Assembly (NCBI RefSeq): GCF_006345805.1
Contig: NC_042998.1
Coordinates: 17,856,001 to 17,920,000 of the forward strand
Reading direction: 5' to 3'
DNA from: Octopus sinensis
Lineage: Eukaryota
Length of the DNA: 64,000 nucleotides
The notes beneath the pieces are model-generated. The model saw only the letters and a program-made list of their open reading frames with translations, was not told the DNA's origin and made no database searches. Shown piece by piece: positions 26,488 through 38,595 of this stretch. Positions within the stretch are counted from its first letter, which is position 1. Every line of letters begins with the position of its first letter. Both the position numbers and the translations under genes were made by a program.

Positions 26488-26655
26488 AGGGAGAATTCAC
26501 ACACACAAAAAAAAGACGAAGACAGGTGCTGTAGACAACAAACAGATGTATTAGTATAACGTTCAGGAAGTGAAAAAGTCTTTAACGTTTCGAGCCTACG
26601 CTCTTCCACAGAAAGGAACACAGAAAGAAACAAGGACAGAAAATAAAGAAATCAT
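26488..26655 (-). mobile_element. Second copy of the PLE-terminus-like repeat (CUGUGGA core)
   Basis: CUUU-CUGUGGA-AGAGC-GUAG-GCUC-GAAACGUU-AAAG; helix I CUUU/AAAG; similar to 1424-1625. Confidence 0.6.
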
Positions 26656-26879
26656 GTTTGATATATGTTTATATGTATCAAACCTATCTGCATCACAATC
26701 TCAATCTCAGCCCACCTAAATGCCTTTTATAGCAGCTCTTAACCCTGTGATTTTGAGGTTTAAGTTCAAATCATTCGAACACTACTACACGTTCTCTATA
26801 GTGAAAATTTCCATCTCTCACCTATTGACTGTATATATATGTGCGCGTGTGTGTGTGTTTGTGTGTGTGTGTGTGGTGT

Positions 26880-26910
<31 letters not shown>

Positions 26911-27034
26911 TGTGCGTGTGTATGCACAGGTATGTCAAATACCACACAACGTAACTTCTTTATCGAAATTTTCTCCGTTGAACAAGAGCCAAAAGCCACT
27001 TTGCCTGAGATCAATAATTGTTCAACTGTTTATC

Positions 27035-27565
27035 ATTTACATTATTTACATTTGACGGATATTTGTCTTCATCTTGTTTGTTGTTAACACAACTTTTCAG
27101 CTGATATACCCTCCAGCCTTCATCAGGTGTCTTGGGAAAATTTCGAACCTGGGTTCTCATTCCTAAAGTACTATTCGGGCATATGGCGAAGTGGTTGAGA
27201 GCGCAGGCTACTAACCCCAAGATTCCGAGTTCGATTCCAGGCGGTGATCTGAACAACCAAAACAACAACGACGACGAAGAGAAGAAGAAGAAGAAGAAGA
27301 AGAAGAAGAAGAAGAAGAAGAAGAGAAGAAGAAGAAGAAGAAGAAGAAGAAGAAGAAGAAGAAGAAAAGAAGAAGAAGAAGAGCGAAAAATATCTCAGGA
27401 ATAAGAACTCAGGTTCGAAATTTCCCCAAGACACCTGATGAAGGCTGGAGGGTATATCAGCCGAAACGTTGTGTCAACAACAAACAAGATGAGGACAAAT
27501 ATCCGTCGAATGTAAATTATGTAAATAATGTACATAATTCCTCATCTCTTAAATATAAAACTGTA
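27035..27565 (+). mobile_element. Composite element: inverted HHR tail + tRNA-derived head + (AAC)/(GAA)n + HHR tail
   Basis: 27035-27170 is the reverse complement of 27391-27530; head 27177-27250 has A box TGGCGAAGTGG and B box GAGTTCGATTCC; the tail recurs at 62023-62144 and 63638-63801. Confidence 0.8.
27430..27475 (+). ncRNA. Minimal PLE-type hammerhead motif
   Basis: GACAC-CUGAUGA-A-GGCUG(10-nt loop)CAGCC-GAAAC-GUU-GUGUC; helix I GACAC/GUGUC; loopless palindromic ACGU stem III, as in dimer-forming PLE HHRs. Confidence 0.7.
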
Positions 27566-27589
27566 AGCATTGTCATGTTATCCATAAAG

Positions 27590-28720
27590 GCTTTTAGATG
27601 AAGCATTTAGTATCCATTTTCGAGTTCTAGTGGATCTGTATCGTGCGTGGCTACTTTCAAGATGACTTCCATTTCAAACACGAAAGTATTGAAGAAATTG
27701 TACAGCTTATTGCTATTCCAAATTCCACATTGATTAAGCCAGCCTATTATAGAAAATTCCATTGTGATGCCATGAAACAGCTTCGCTTGACCGTTTGTCA
27801 AATCATCGAGGCATTTTCTATACACCCACACATATCTAAGTTCATAGACATATACATCCAAGTATTTATTAGCCGTTATGTGTTTAGTTAGCATAATCTT
27901 TATAACAAAAAGAAATTCTCATTTCAGGGTCCTGATGTGTTCTGATCCAATGAGTTCAGCACTTTTGGAATGTAAACTCCTCCAGTTAGTTTCCAATGGT
28001 TGCATTGCAGATTTTTTAAAGTTCTTCCATTCTGATTTTATAATATTCTGAAGACAACTAAGAAGATTATAAGATTTCTTATTTAGCAGTCAGAATAATT
28101 TAGTTCTTTCTTTGATTCATTCAGTGGTGTTGATTTCTTATTAAGCATTTCCTCTGAGATGGTCAGTCACATCAATGTACGAATTTTAAGTGATACCTCA
28201 TTCTGAGTGTCAGAATATATTTTCCTGAGTCGCTGTTCAACCTCATCGTTATCCAGTGCGAGTGTCTCTGATCTCAGGTGTTCGAATAGGGTCTACGCGA
28301 AGTCGAAGGTGTCTCTGAAGAAGTAATTTTGAGTCTACTTTATATACCTCTTTTTCGCTGAACCAGTTTCACTCGATGCATTGTCTTACGTTTTAAGTTG
28401 TTGTAAAGTTTCTCTATCTCTCGAATCTAAAAATATGATGCAACCTATACCTGTTTCGTGAGTTTATTTTCCTCCATTTTTTATCTCGCTCTCGTTGAAA
28501 TTTGAATTTATAAAACGTTTCCATCTTGGAAATTTTAACAATTTTATTCCATAGGCATCCGGGATGCTTCAATGAAAATATCTCCGACTACGGATATGTT
28601 ATATCCAGGGCGCTCTCTCCTCTCAGAACATCCACTTTGTGAACTATTTCTTCTAAACTCGTCCGGTTTCTTTTGCAATTGCGAACGTCAAGTTCTGTTT
28701 CTCGCTTTCAACATCAGAAG
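27590..28720 (-). pseudogene. Heavily decayed RLE-type non-LTR retrotransposon, HERO-like RT region
   Basis: Fragments FFRDTFDFA.TLFEHLRSETL..DEVEQRLRKIYSD, WKLTGGVYIPK, MLTKHITANKYLD and VEFGIAISCTISSIL/FVFEMEVILK resemble HERO-clade motifs (recalled, not searched); many stops and frameshifts. Confidence 0.65.
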
Positions 28721-29208
28721 TCTATAAATTTCTCACCTAAACCCACAGCGTGGATGTCCTTGGCTCTTTACCTCTCCTCTTGACCTTTGTTTTCCGACGT
28801 CCTTTTTGTTAGAGCCGAGCACTACTGCTCATTGCTTAAAGACTTTATACACGAAATGGTAGGAAACGTTCCTGGCTTTAAAAGTATCACGAAAGGCTTA
28901 GCTGGAGGCTCAACTTTCCGGTGTTTTACAGGGCTTACAAAAACTGAAGGACCGTTTCAATAAGTGTATGAATCTGGGAGGGGAATATGTTAAGTAAAAT
29001 CATAATTAACTGATCCCATTGTATTTTCTTTTACCCAAAGACAGGAATTTTCAGCAGCTCTTCGTAGATCTTTCTTCACCTTATAGAACTTCATGCTGCG
29101 ACCCTTATAGAATATCCTTTCACACGCGCTCACACCCAAGTGCACGCGCACACATATACAAGCACATGCATGCGTACACACACACAGGTACGCACGCACA
29201 CGTACATG

Positions 29209-29241
<33 letters not shown>

Positions 29242-29672
29242 CACACACACACACAACACCACATCACACCACACCACACCACACTGCACCACACAGAATA
29301 GCTACCAAATGGCTATTCTAGTATTCATAACGCAAATAAAATTAATTTAAGAGATAAATCTATATTATATTGATTTTTTTTAGAACTGTCTAAAAATGAT
29401 AAACTGAGGTCATTTTTCAAAATAACCGGTTTCATATTTATTTAACTGATATAATGTAAAAAAAAAACATATACATGTGGTAAAATCATTAAAAAATTTG
29501 ACGCCTTGTAAGCGTAAAGGTTACAGCAACATGGTTATATTATATAATGAATTTTGCTATAATGAGTTTAATAAAGAGTGAACATTTATGAAACGAATAA
29601 AAACTGCATGATCGATTCTGTTTAACAATTAAGTATAATCCGTTCTGTTTCGGGTTGATATAATTTTCAAGT

Positions 29673-30256
29673 ATAGAAATATTAAAATTACTAAGTCTCT
29701 CTAAAAGAGAACAGCGGCAGCGTTCCCGGAAAATAATAGTTATCGCCATACTAATATGGCATTCTTATAAAAATAAGAATAAAGCTGTCCGCTTATTAGC
29801 TCCATGCTAACTTAAGGCGATGGCCTCATGGAGCTAATAAGCGGACAGCTTTATTCTTATTTTTATAAGAATGCCATATTAGTATGGCGATAACTATTAT
29901 TTTCCGGGAACGCTGCCGCTGTTCTCTTTTAGAGAGACTTAGTAATTTTAATATTTCTATTATTGAAAACAAGTGGATGTATTCCACCGAAACTAGGTAA
30001 ATAAAACCATCGAACAGAGATTGTCGGAAGCGACACCTACTGGCTGGCTACGCTGCATTGAAAAGGGGCAATACCCCGAAACGCGTCTGTAGCTGCCGGT
30101 CAAGTAGTGTGGAGCGACTGACCTCCCTTGTTCGAAGGTTTTATGGATACAGTTTGTGTATCAAATAGCTAACTTAAGGCGATGGCCTCATGGAGCTAAT
30201 AAGCGGACAGCTTTATTCTTATTTTTATAAGAATGCCATATTAGTATGGTGATAAC
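29673..30256 (+). mobile_element. Young non-autonomous HHR-bearing element with Penelope-type architecture (retrozyme-like)
   Basis: 14-bp TSD TATAATTTTCAAGT (29659-72, 30257-70); 134-bp inverted arms 29673-29806/29827-29960; direct repeat 29806-29903 vs 30168-30256 (period 362 nt); HHR between the repeats. Confidence 0.88.
30033..30110 (+). ncRNA. Full-length type I hammerhead ribozyme with U3-A8 compensatory core
   Basis: Helix I GCUGCA(30052-57)/UGUAGC(30088-93), extended past an internal loop to 30033/30110; core UUGAAAA 30058-64; stem II GGGG-CAAUA-CCCC; GAAAC-GC-GUC; predicted cleavage after C30087. Confidence 0.85.
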
Positions 30257-30811
30257 TATAATTTTCAAGTGTTTTCCAAATATTTGCTGCAGTGTAGAAG
30301 TGTAGAGAGAAATAATACAAAGTCAGTAGATTATACAAAGTTGAAAAGAACATGCAAAAACTTCAATAAATATGTAGATTGCTTAAGTTTCTAGCCAGAA
30401 ATTTCAAGCAAATGTCATCACTATGATAAATATTGTCAGATGTATTAAATCATTCTGCCACTTGCTGAATTAAGACATTATCACTTAACTATTTTCTGCG
30501 AGCTTTCATACATATTCTATTTCTGTCTTTCGTTTAAACATTTTATAAGATATTCATCGTGTGTACATTTCCTGTAACTTATTAATAATTGTTTTTAACA
30601 GATTTCATTATATAATATCTCAAATCATAACGTAAACTTTAGTTTAATAGCCTTATATCTTTAATATTTTCGCCTGATATATTCTTTACTTGACATGGCT
30701 ATTTGATACGAATTTTGCTTCCTAGTACATGCTGTTGAGTTCAGTCTCACTGCCCGGGCTGATCAAAACCTCGTGGATTTGGTAGACAGAAACAGAAAGA
30801 AGACCACCATA

Positions 30812-30872
<61 letters not shown>

Positions 30873-30897
30873 ATGGTATGATGGTCTTCTTTCTGTT

Positions 30898-31722
30898 GGA
30901 TAGGTAGGGCGGGAGACGGCGTGGCGGGTTCGAGGGGAGAGAGCAGATGCACGGTCCACGGAACGTGCTCTGGCAAGAGCGGTGTGGATAGTGGTGAGGG
31001 GATATCTACGTAAGATGAAGTGGCGAGCCATGAGTTGAGACTGAGTCTCAATGTCATGGTCGTCACTACAGAACCTGCGTAGACGGAGGAATTTGGGAAT
31101 AGGGGATGGAAAGCTGGGTTCGTTTGGGGTAGGAGGAAGAGAAGTTGAGGTATGAGTGTGAGTCTGTGTGTTTGTAGTAGATGGAGGTGGTGAGAGTGGA
31201 GTGATGAATGCTGACCGAAATGTCAAAAAAGGAGACAGAAGTTTCAAAGATAGTGCAGGATGGAAAGATTTGACAAAAGAGAGGAAGGAGTCTAGATGTT
31301 CGCGGGAGAGTGAGGTCGCACCGATACAGTCATCAATATAACGGCCGTATAGTTCGGGAGTGGGACCAATGAAACTTGAGAATATTTGGGCCTCAACGCA
31401 GCCAACGAACAGGTTCGTATAGTTGGGGCCCATTCTCGTTCCCATGGCCACTCCCGAGACTTGCTGGTAGAAATCACCTGCGAACGAGAAGCAGTTGAGT
31501 GAGAAGACAAGTTCGGCCAGTCGAACGAGTGTAGATGTGTCAGGCTGGGGGTTGGGTCGAAGGTAAAGGAAATATTGGAGTGCACGCAGCCCCTCGTGGT
31601 GAGGGATCACCGTGTAAATGCTCTGGATGTCGAGGGTGAAGAGAGGTTTAGAGGGGCCAGGAGGGAAGGAGTAAGAGTTGAACAAACGAAGCGCATGCTT
31701 GGTGTCATGGATGTGAGAGTGG
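30898..31722 (-). pseudogene. Penelope-like element (PLE) reverse transcriptase remnant
   Basis: SHIHDTKHAL, LFTLDIQSIYTVIP, YQQVSGVAMGTRMGPNY, YGRYIDD; two compensating frameshifts recover FFDISVS..TSIYYKHTDSHSYLNF..IPYSQ/FLRLRRFCS; no GIY-YIG part seen. Confidence 0.9.
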
Positions 31723-31799
31723 AGGGTGCCCCAGCATGTCCACAGTCAAGTGATTGAAGCAAGTAAAAAATAAAAGAATAAAAGAAATATGAACAATAG

Positions 31800-32205
31800 G
31801 CGCAGGAGTGGCTGTGTGGTAAGTAGCTTGTTTACCAGCCACATGGTTCCGGGTTCAGTCCCACTGCGTGGCACCTTGGGTAAGTGTCTTCTACTATAGC
31901 CTCGGGCCGACCAAACCCTTGTGAGTGGATTTGGTAGACGGAAACTGAAAGAAGCCCGTCGTATATATGTATATATATACATGCGTGTGTGTGTTTGTGT
32001 GAGTGTGTTTGTCCCCCTAGCATTGCTTGACAACAGATGCTGGTGTGTTTACGTCCCCGTCACACAGCGGTTCGGCAAAAGAGACCGATAGAATAAGTAC
32101 TGTGCTTACAAAAGAATAAGTCCCGGGGTCGAGTTACTCGATTAAAGGCTGTGCTCCAGCATGGCCGCAGTCAAATGACTGAAACAAGTAAAAGAGTAAA
32201 AGAGT
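31800..32205 (+). mobile_element. SINE family A
   Basis: Match to other copies. Confidence 0.9.
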
Positions 32206-32234
32206 TATAGGGGAATAAAAGTGTGTAGTCTGTC

Positions 32235-32710
32235 ATTGGTTTTTCGCTCATTTTCATCTTTAGCCGCTCGAAGTATTTCATTGAGCGACAAGATAGCGCC
32301 GTCTCCCCGAATCATACGATGGTAAGTCGTTCTCGGTCGTTTCCTCACGCGCTTTCAACCTAGTACAGTATTATATGCTCGGCACCGTTAATGGTAGTCA
32401 TTGGGTGGGTGTCGCAGTTGGTGACCAATCCATCTCAGCCGGCGTTCCTTTATCCTTGTGATCGTCTGTTTTTCGTCAGCCATTTAGGTACAGTGTATCA
32501 TTGGAAACGTGGTCGTCTCCTCAGGTTTCTTGGGAGAAAAGTATTCACCATAACCCTTTGCCGATTCGTATTAGTTACCCATGTCTTGCATCCATATGTA
32601 AAAATCGGAAGACATAGAGTTTTGTACATCTCTATCTTTGTTGCTGGACTGATGTCAGACGATCAGAGGTATTGAAGCTGCGGCATTGCTCCACATGCCG
32701 CTCTCATTTT
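32235..32710 (-). pseudogene. RTE-type LINE ORF 3' fragment
   Basis: Minus-strand fragments [50 protein letters not shown]. Confidence 0.7.
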
Positions 32711-32759
32711 GTCTATGATGCCATTGTTTGTGTTGTGAGAGAGATCAGTTACAGTCGAT

Positions 32760-32764
32760 CCATT

Positions 32765-32820
<56 letters not shown>

Positions 32821-32909
32821 CTATCTATCTATCTATCTATCTATCTATCTGTCAGTCCGTCTTTCTGTCTATCAGTCTGTCTGTCTGTCAGTCTATCTAT
32901 CTATCTATC

Positions 32910-32994
<85 letters not shown>

Positions 32995-33000
32995 CGTATC
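32760..33000. repeat. (TCTA)n array
   Basis: Direct reading. Confidence 0.95.
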
Positions 33001-33204
33001 TTTTATTTTATTATTTTACTTGTTTCAGTCATTTGACTGCGACCATGCTGGAGCACCGCCTTAAAGGGTGTTAGTCGAAGAAATCGACCCTAGGACTTAT
33101 TCTTTGTAAGCCTAGTACGTATTCTTTTGCTGAACCACTAAGTTACGGGGACTAAACACACCTGCATCGGTTGCCAGGCGAAGGTAGTGGGGCGGCAAAC
33201 ACAG

Positions 33205-33400
33205 ACACACATAAATATATATATATATATAATATATATATTATATATATATATATATATTATATATATATATATACATACGTGTGTGTGTGTATATATG
33301 TATGTATGCGTGGGTATGTTTATATGTTCGTGTCTTTGTGCTTCTATTTGTTTTTCCCATCACAGAGTTCAGTCATATAGTAATATGAATAATATATATG

Positions 33401-33454
<54 letters not shown>

Positions 33455-33577
33455 ATTATATATATATATAATATATATATATGTACATACTTACATCAAT
33501 ACGTATATATATATATATATGTATATATGCATACACACACATATAAATATATGCACATACACACACCACACACACAC

Positions 33578-33630
<53 letters not shown>

Positions 33631-33650
33631 GCATACACATGTATGTAAGT
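33205..33650. repeat. (AT)n-rich arrays
   Basis: Direct reading. Confidence 0.9.
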
Positions 33651-34145
33651 AGGTAGGTATCTATGTGCGTGTGCCTTTGTGTCTGCGTTTGGCATCCCAT
33701 CACCGCTTGAGAAACGTTGTTGGTGTGTTTACGTCCCCGTAAAACACTTCAAGGCGCTGCCCCAACATGACCATAGTCAAATGACTGAAAGAAAGAAAGA
33801 ATAAAAGACTAAGTTTAAAATTTGGAAAACCCCTGCGATTCGTTTAGAATTTTCATTTAAAACTTCGTAAAGACTTAAACGGTTTCACAGATTTCTTTGA
33901 TTTTCAAAAGTTGAGATAGAAAGACGTGGAGCTATGCTGCAAGTGTGAAACTGCTTAAGTCTTTAATAATTAAAAAATAAAATATCCAAACGAATCGATG
34001 GCCTCTTGGAGCTAATCAACGGCAGCATTCGTCCTATATTTCTGGACTGCCATAATAGCTTGGCGATAACTATTAATATAGTCGCCGCTCTAGAATGCAA
34101 AGCATCACCTGATCCGGGAATCGAAACCACGATCTTACGATTACT

Positions 34146-34531
34146 GTGTGGAAGCACTCCGTCGGTTACGACGACGAGGGTTCCGGTTGATCCGAATCAA
34201 CGGAACAGCCTGCTCGTGAAATTAACGTGTAAGTGGCTGAGCACTCCACAGACACGTGTACCCTTAACGTAGTTCTCGGGGATATTCAGCGTGAAACAGT
34301 GTGTGACAAGGCCGGCCCCTTGAAATACAGGCACAACAGAAACAGGAAGTAAGAGTGAGAGAAAGTTGTGGTGAAAGAGTACAGCAGGGATCACCACCAT
34401 CCCTGCCGGAGCCTCGTGGAGCTTTAGGTGTTTTCGCTCAATAAACATTCACAACGCCCGGTCTGGGAATCGAAACCGCGATCCTATGACCACGAGTCCG
34501 CTGCCCTAACCACTGGGCCATTGCGCCTCCC
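34146..34531 (-). mobile_element. SINE family C nested in an older SINE head
   Basis: 10-bp TSD TACGATTACT. Confidence 0.9.
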
Positions 34532-34724
34532 TACGATTACTAGTGTATTGCTTAACCACTAGGCCACGCATCCTTACAATGCTAAAGCTAGTGAAGGAAA
34601 ATCTCCACACCATACTAATAATAAGTCAGCAGTTACTTCTTCCACATTATAGACTTATATTTACACATAGTTACCAGATATGTATCTACCGCGGTAAGAA
34701 TATCTAGAATCTGGGTTTCACAAA

Positions 34725-35120
34725 GGCGGCGAGCAGGCAGAAACGTTAGCACGCCGGGTGAAATGCTTAGCGGTATTTCGTCTGCCGTTACGTTCTGAGT
34801 TCAAATTCCGCCGATTTATCGGGGTCGATAAATTAAGTACTAGTTACGCACTGGGGTCGATATAATTGACTTAATCCGTTTGTCTGTCCTTGTTTGTCCT
34901 CTCTGTGTTTAGCTCCTTGTGGGTAGTAAAGAAATAGGTATTTCGTCTGCCGCTACCTTCTGAGTTCAAATTCCGCCGAGATCGACTTTGCCTTTCATCC
35001 TTTCGGAGTCGATTAAATAAGTACTAGTTACGCACTGGGGTCGATGCAATCGACTTAATACTTTTGTCTGTCCTTGTTTGTCCACTCTATGTTTATTCCT
35101 TTGTGGGCAATAAAGAAATA
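34725..35120 (+). mobile_element. SINE family B dimer
   Basis: A single 19-bp TSD AGAATCTGGGTTTCACAAA (34706-24, 35121-39) flanks both units. Confidence 0.92.
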
Positions 35121-35834
35121 AGAATCTGGGTTTCACAAAACTAGAAAAACTACGGCTAATAAAGAAATGACAGCTAAAACTAATTATAGGATATTTAATC
35201 ATTCCAGAAGTTTAGCATTTAATAAGTGCATATACATCCCTGTATACATATGGACACACATATATACATCAAAACATAAAGCTCCAATTGCAGTGATACT
35301 CTTGTTTGTGCACATGCATACGTATGCATATATAGTAATACATACATGTACATATCCCTGCATATGTATATACATAAAGACATATATACACATGCATCAA
35401 TACATACATTAGCACACACACATACACACACGCATTTAGTTGCATAACCGGTTGTCCGAAAGATGATAGTCCGACACCTATAATCAAAATAGACTTCGAG
35501 GAGGAATTTAAAATTCCCGTGGCCGCCTGTTGATTTCACTGTGTGGTTACAGATGGCGTTGTGTGTACTGCGTGTTTATATATGTATCATTTACACCGCA
35601 CTTGTTAGTAGTGATGCCTTTATTTTGGGAGATCCTCTGCATATTTAGCTTAAAGGTACCCTTAGCAATGGTTACAAAAGGTAACAAGACTGAGAACATC
35701 AGGTTTGCTGTCAAACGTCAATACGAATGTAAATCGTTTCAAGATAAAGTAAAACAATTGACAAAACAGGGACTGTAGTGTTTCGGTACGTAAGCTGATC
35801 ACTCTCTCTTTCTGGGTGCCTCTCACTCACTATC

Positions 35835-35854
35835 TTTGTCTGTCTGTCTGTCTC

Positions 35855-35906
<52 letters not shown>

Positions 35907-35975
35907 TCCTTCTTTCTTTCTTTCTTTCTTTTTCTTTCTTTCTTTCTTTCTTTTTTCTTTCTTTCTTTCTTTCTT

Positions 35976-36017
<42 letters not shown>

Positions 36018-36040
36018 GTATATATATATATATATATGAT
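35835..36040. repeat. (CTTT)n/(CT)n/(AT)n array
   Basis: Direct reading. Confidence 0.95.
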
Positions 36041-36413
36041 ACACTTCGGTCATGAATGACCATGGGATTGCACCTAGAAATTTTCCCTGCGAGATATTTA
36101 ATAGGCACACAATTCAAATAATGTATCCCTGTTCCCCTAATGTAAAGGTCTATAGTGATGAGCAACAGATAACTCAGACAAGTCTGGGATGCACATACTA
36201 AATCTAAATGTCCTCTAGGACAAGCATTTAATAATCTTTCGTTGTTTACCAGGCACAGGTAACAACAAACTATGGCGCCAGCCAAACAGAGACAAAATGC
36301 TACATCGTATCCGTGGAGGAAATAAATTAAATCCAGATACAGTTACCATCTTTCTACCTTAAGGCACTCCGAAAAGTGACTTACAACAACTCTCTCGGTA
36401 TTAATCGTCAAAA

Positions 36414-36640
36414 GGCGGCGAGCTGGTAGAATCGTTAGCACGCCGGGCGAAATGCCTAGCGGTATTTTGTCTGTCTTTATATTCTGAGTTCAAATTCCGC
36501 CGAGGTCGACTTTGCCTTTCATCCTTTCGGAGTCGATTAAATAAGTACCAGTTACGCACTGGGGTCGATGTAATCGACTTAATCCGTTTGTCTGTCCTCT
36601 CTGTGTTTTAAGCCCCGTGTGGGTAGTAAAGAAATAGGTA
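36414..36640 (+). mobile_element. SINE family B
   Basis: Match to family; TSD-like GGTATT(A/G)ATCGTCAAA. Confidence 0.88.
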
Positions 36641-37061
36641 TTGATCGTCAAATGTAAGATCCTTTCTAAGACAAGACCTTATATTAGCGGTCAAAAACAT
36701 ACTCCGTATGCTGCTTGCAAACCTATGTCTTTTAAATTATCTAAGAACCTCCAAGAGCTGTATACACATCAAAACTGAAATCTATTCATCATGTCTGTAT
36801 TTAACAGAGTAAACCTTAGCGGAAATTAAAGATAAATTCATGGATCGACTCTAATCCATTCTACTGTTGGTTTATGATTTGTTTGAGATTCATAAAAGAC
36901 TGTCTGTTGTTGGGTGTACTTCATTATCTCCCTTTGATTGCACTCTTTGTTTTTTTGTTTTTTTCCTTTTTCAAAATATGCATACTCATTCAAACCTCGA
37001 TGACATCAAACGCCATTACTAGGCCGTCTGGTTGACATTACCAGGTCGCAAAATGGTGAAA

Positions 37062-37443
37062 TCTCTCTCTATATAAAGCTGAAGTTGTCTGTGTATGGCA
37101 GGTTTGGTAGCCTTCAACTAACACCATCTTCTCCGAGACCCTGCGGCGTAAGTTGACCAACATTGAGAGTATGATAGAAGAAGGCTTGCTTTTCCTTCCG
37201 TAGAAGAAAGAATTCAAATCGGACCATATTAACACAAAAAATTATTTACATCAAAAAGGTGCTTTTTTTCTATGAAAATCCCTATTTTTTGACTGCTGTG
37301 TCGTCATTTTTCGGTGTATTTCAACCAGAAAAATGTTCACTTAAAGAAAATAACAAGCTACATAGTGCCAAATTTTTACTTTCGAAAAATTCCAATTCTA
37401 AGGGGTCGAAACAAACCCGAGCAACGCCGGGTGATACTGCTAG
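37062..37443 (+). mobile_element. Non-autonomous Helitron, second family
   Basis: A|TCTCTCTCTATATAAAG ... CCCGAGCAACGCCGGG-TGATACTG-CTAG|T. Confidence 0.8.
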
Positions 37444-38179
37444 TTAATTTGATATTTTCCTGAAAGGAAACGGTGGGTAAACTGAATTTCACCAGACATT
37501 TTGTTTCATTCTTATTTATGATAATATCTTTACTCTCTTAACTGAGGGAATGCTATACAGCTTGTTGTACTTCGTACCACACATACACACCACGTACATT
37601 AGAAGAGAAATGTAATAACATTCACTTACAACTGACACTTAAAGTCCATGAGCCGTTGAGAATAAGCAAAACTTAAAAAACTAAAAACAATGAAAAACAG
37701 AAAAGAAAGAAAACACCGTGTAGACAGATTAATGTTGGATAAAATTAAGCAATGTGGTAATTGGATACGCCAAGAATGAGAATTTTATACGAAATTCTGC
37801 AATTTCCTTCAGTGACTGTTAAGATTTTGGTAATTCACACCATCTCCAGATTACGTAGACTTTTATTTAATCTCAGGAAATTTTCGCAAATATTTTGCTG
37901 TTCTTTCAAATTTTGTAAACTATCCAGGTTACCCAAGAGTTCTTAGCATATTTGTGACCCTTCCAACGTCCCAGAGACAAGAAAATCATTGGTACACCCT
38001 GAAAGGTCATATATGTTACTTTCTCGAATGACGGAGGATTTTTTAAAATAAAGCTACCGGCAAGTGTAGATCATGGGCCGTCGTAGATTCGATACCATCA
38101 AAATAGTCATCTCTCTCTCTCTCTCTCTCTTTTTCTCTCCCTCTCATTTCATATATATATATATTTTTTTCTTTTATAT

Positions 38180-38595
38180 TTTTTTTACTTGTTTCAGTCA
38201 TTTGACTGCGGCATGCTGGAGCACCGCCTTTAGTCGAGCAAATCGACCCGGGCTTATTCTTTGAAAGAACCCCAGTACTTATTCTATCGGTCTCTTTTGC
38301 CGAACCGCTAAGTGACGGGGACGTAAACACACAGCATCGGTTTGTCAAGCAATGCTAGGGGGACAAACGCAGACACGCAACACACACATACATATACATA
38401 TACATATATACGACAGGCTTCTTTCAGTTCCGTCTACCAAATCCACCACAAGGCATTGGTCGGCCCGGGGCTATAGCAGAAGACACTTGCCCAAGATGCC
38501 ACGCAGTGGGACTGAACCCGGAACCATGTAGTTGGTTAGCAAGCTACTTACCACACATCCACTCCTGCGCCTATAAAACAGCCACTCCTGCGCCT
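38180..38595 (-). mobile_element. SINE family A (several single-base deletions versus other copies)
   Basis: Match to family; e.g. gcggcatgc vs gcggccatgc, cagttccgtc vs cagtttccgtc. Confidence 0.85.

Noticed and set aside
27177-27250. tRNA gene
   Set aside because: A/B boxes present but acceptor and anticodon stems do not pair; a SINE head
35830-36285. 151-aa minus ORF with a hydrophobic start
   Set aside because: Runs through a SINE fragment and (GA)/(GAAA)n; no domain or splice support
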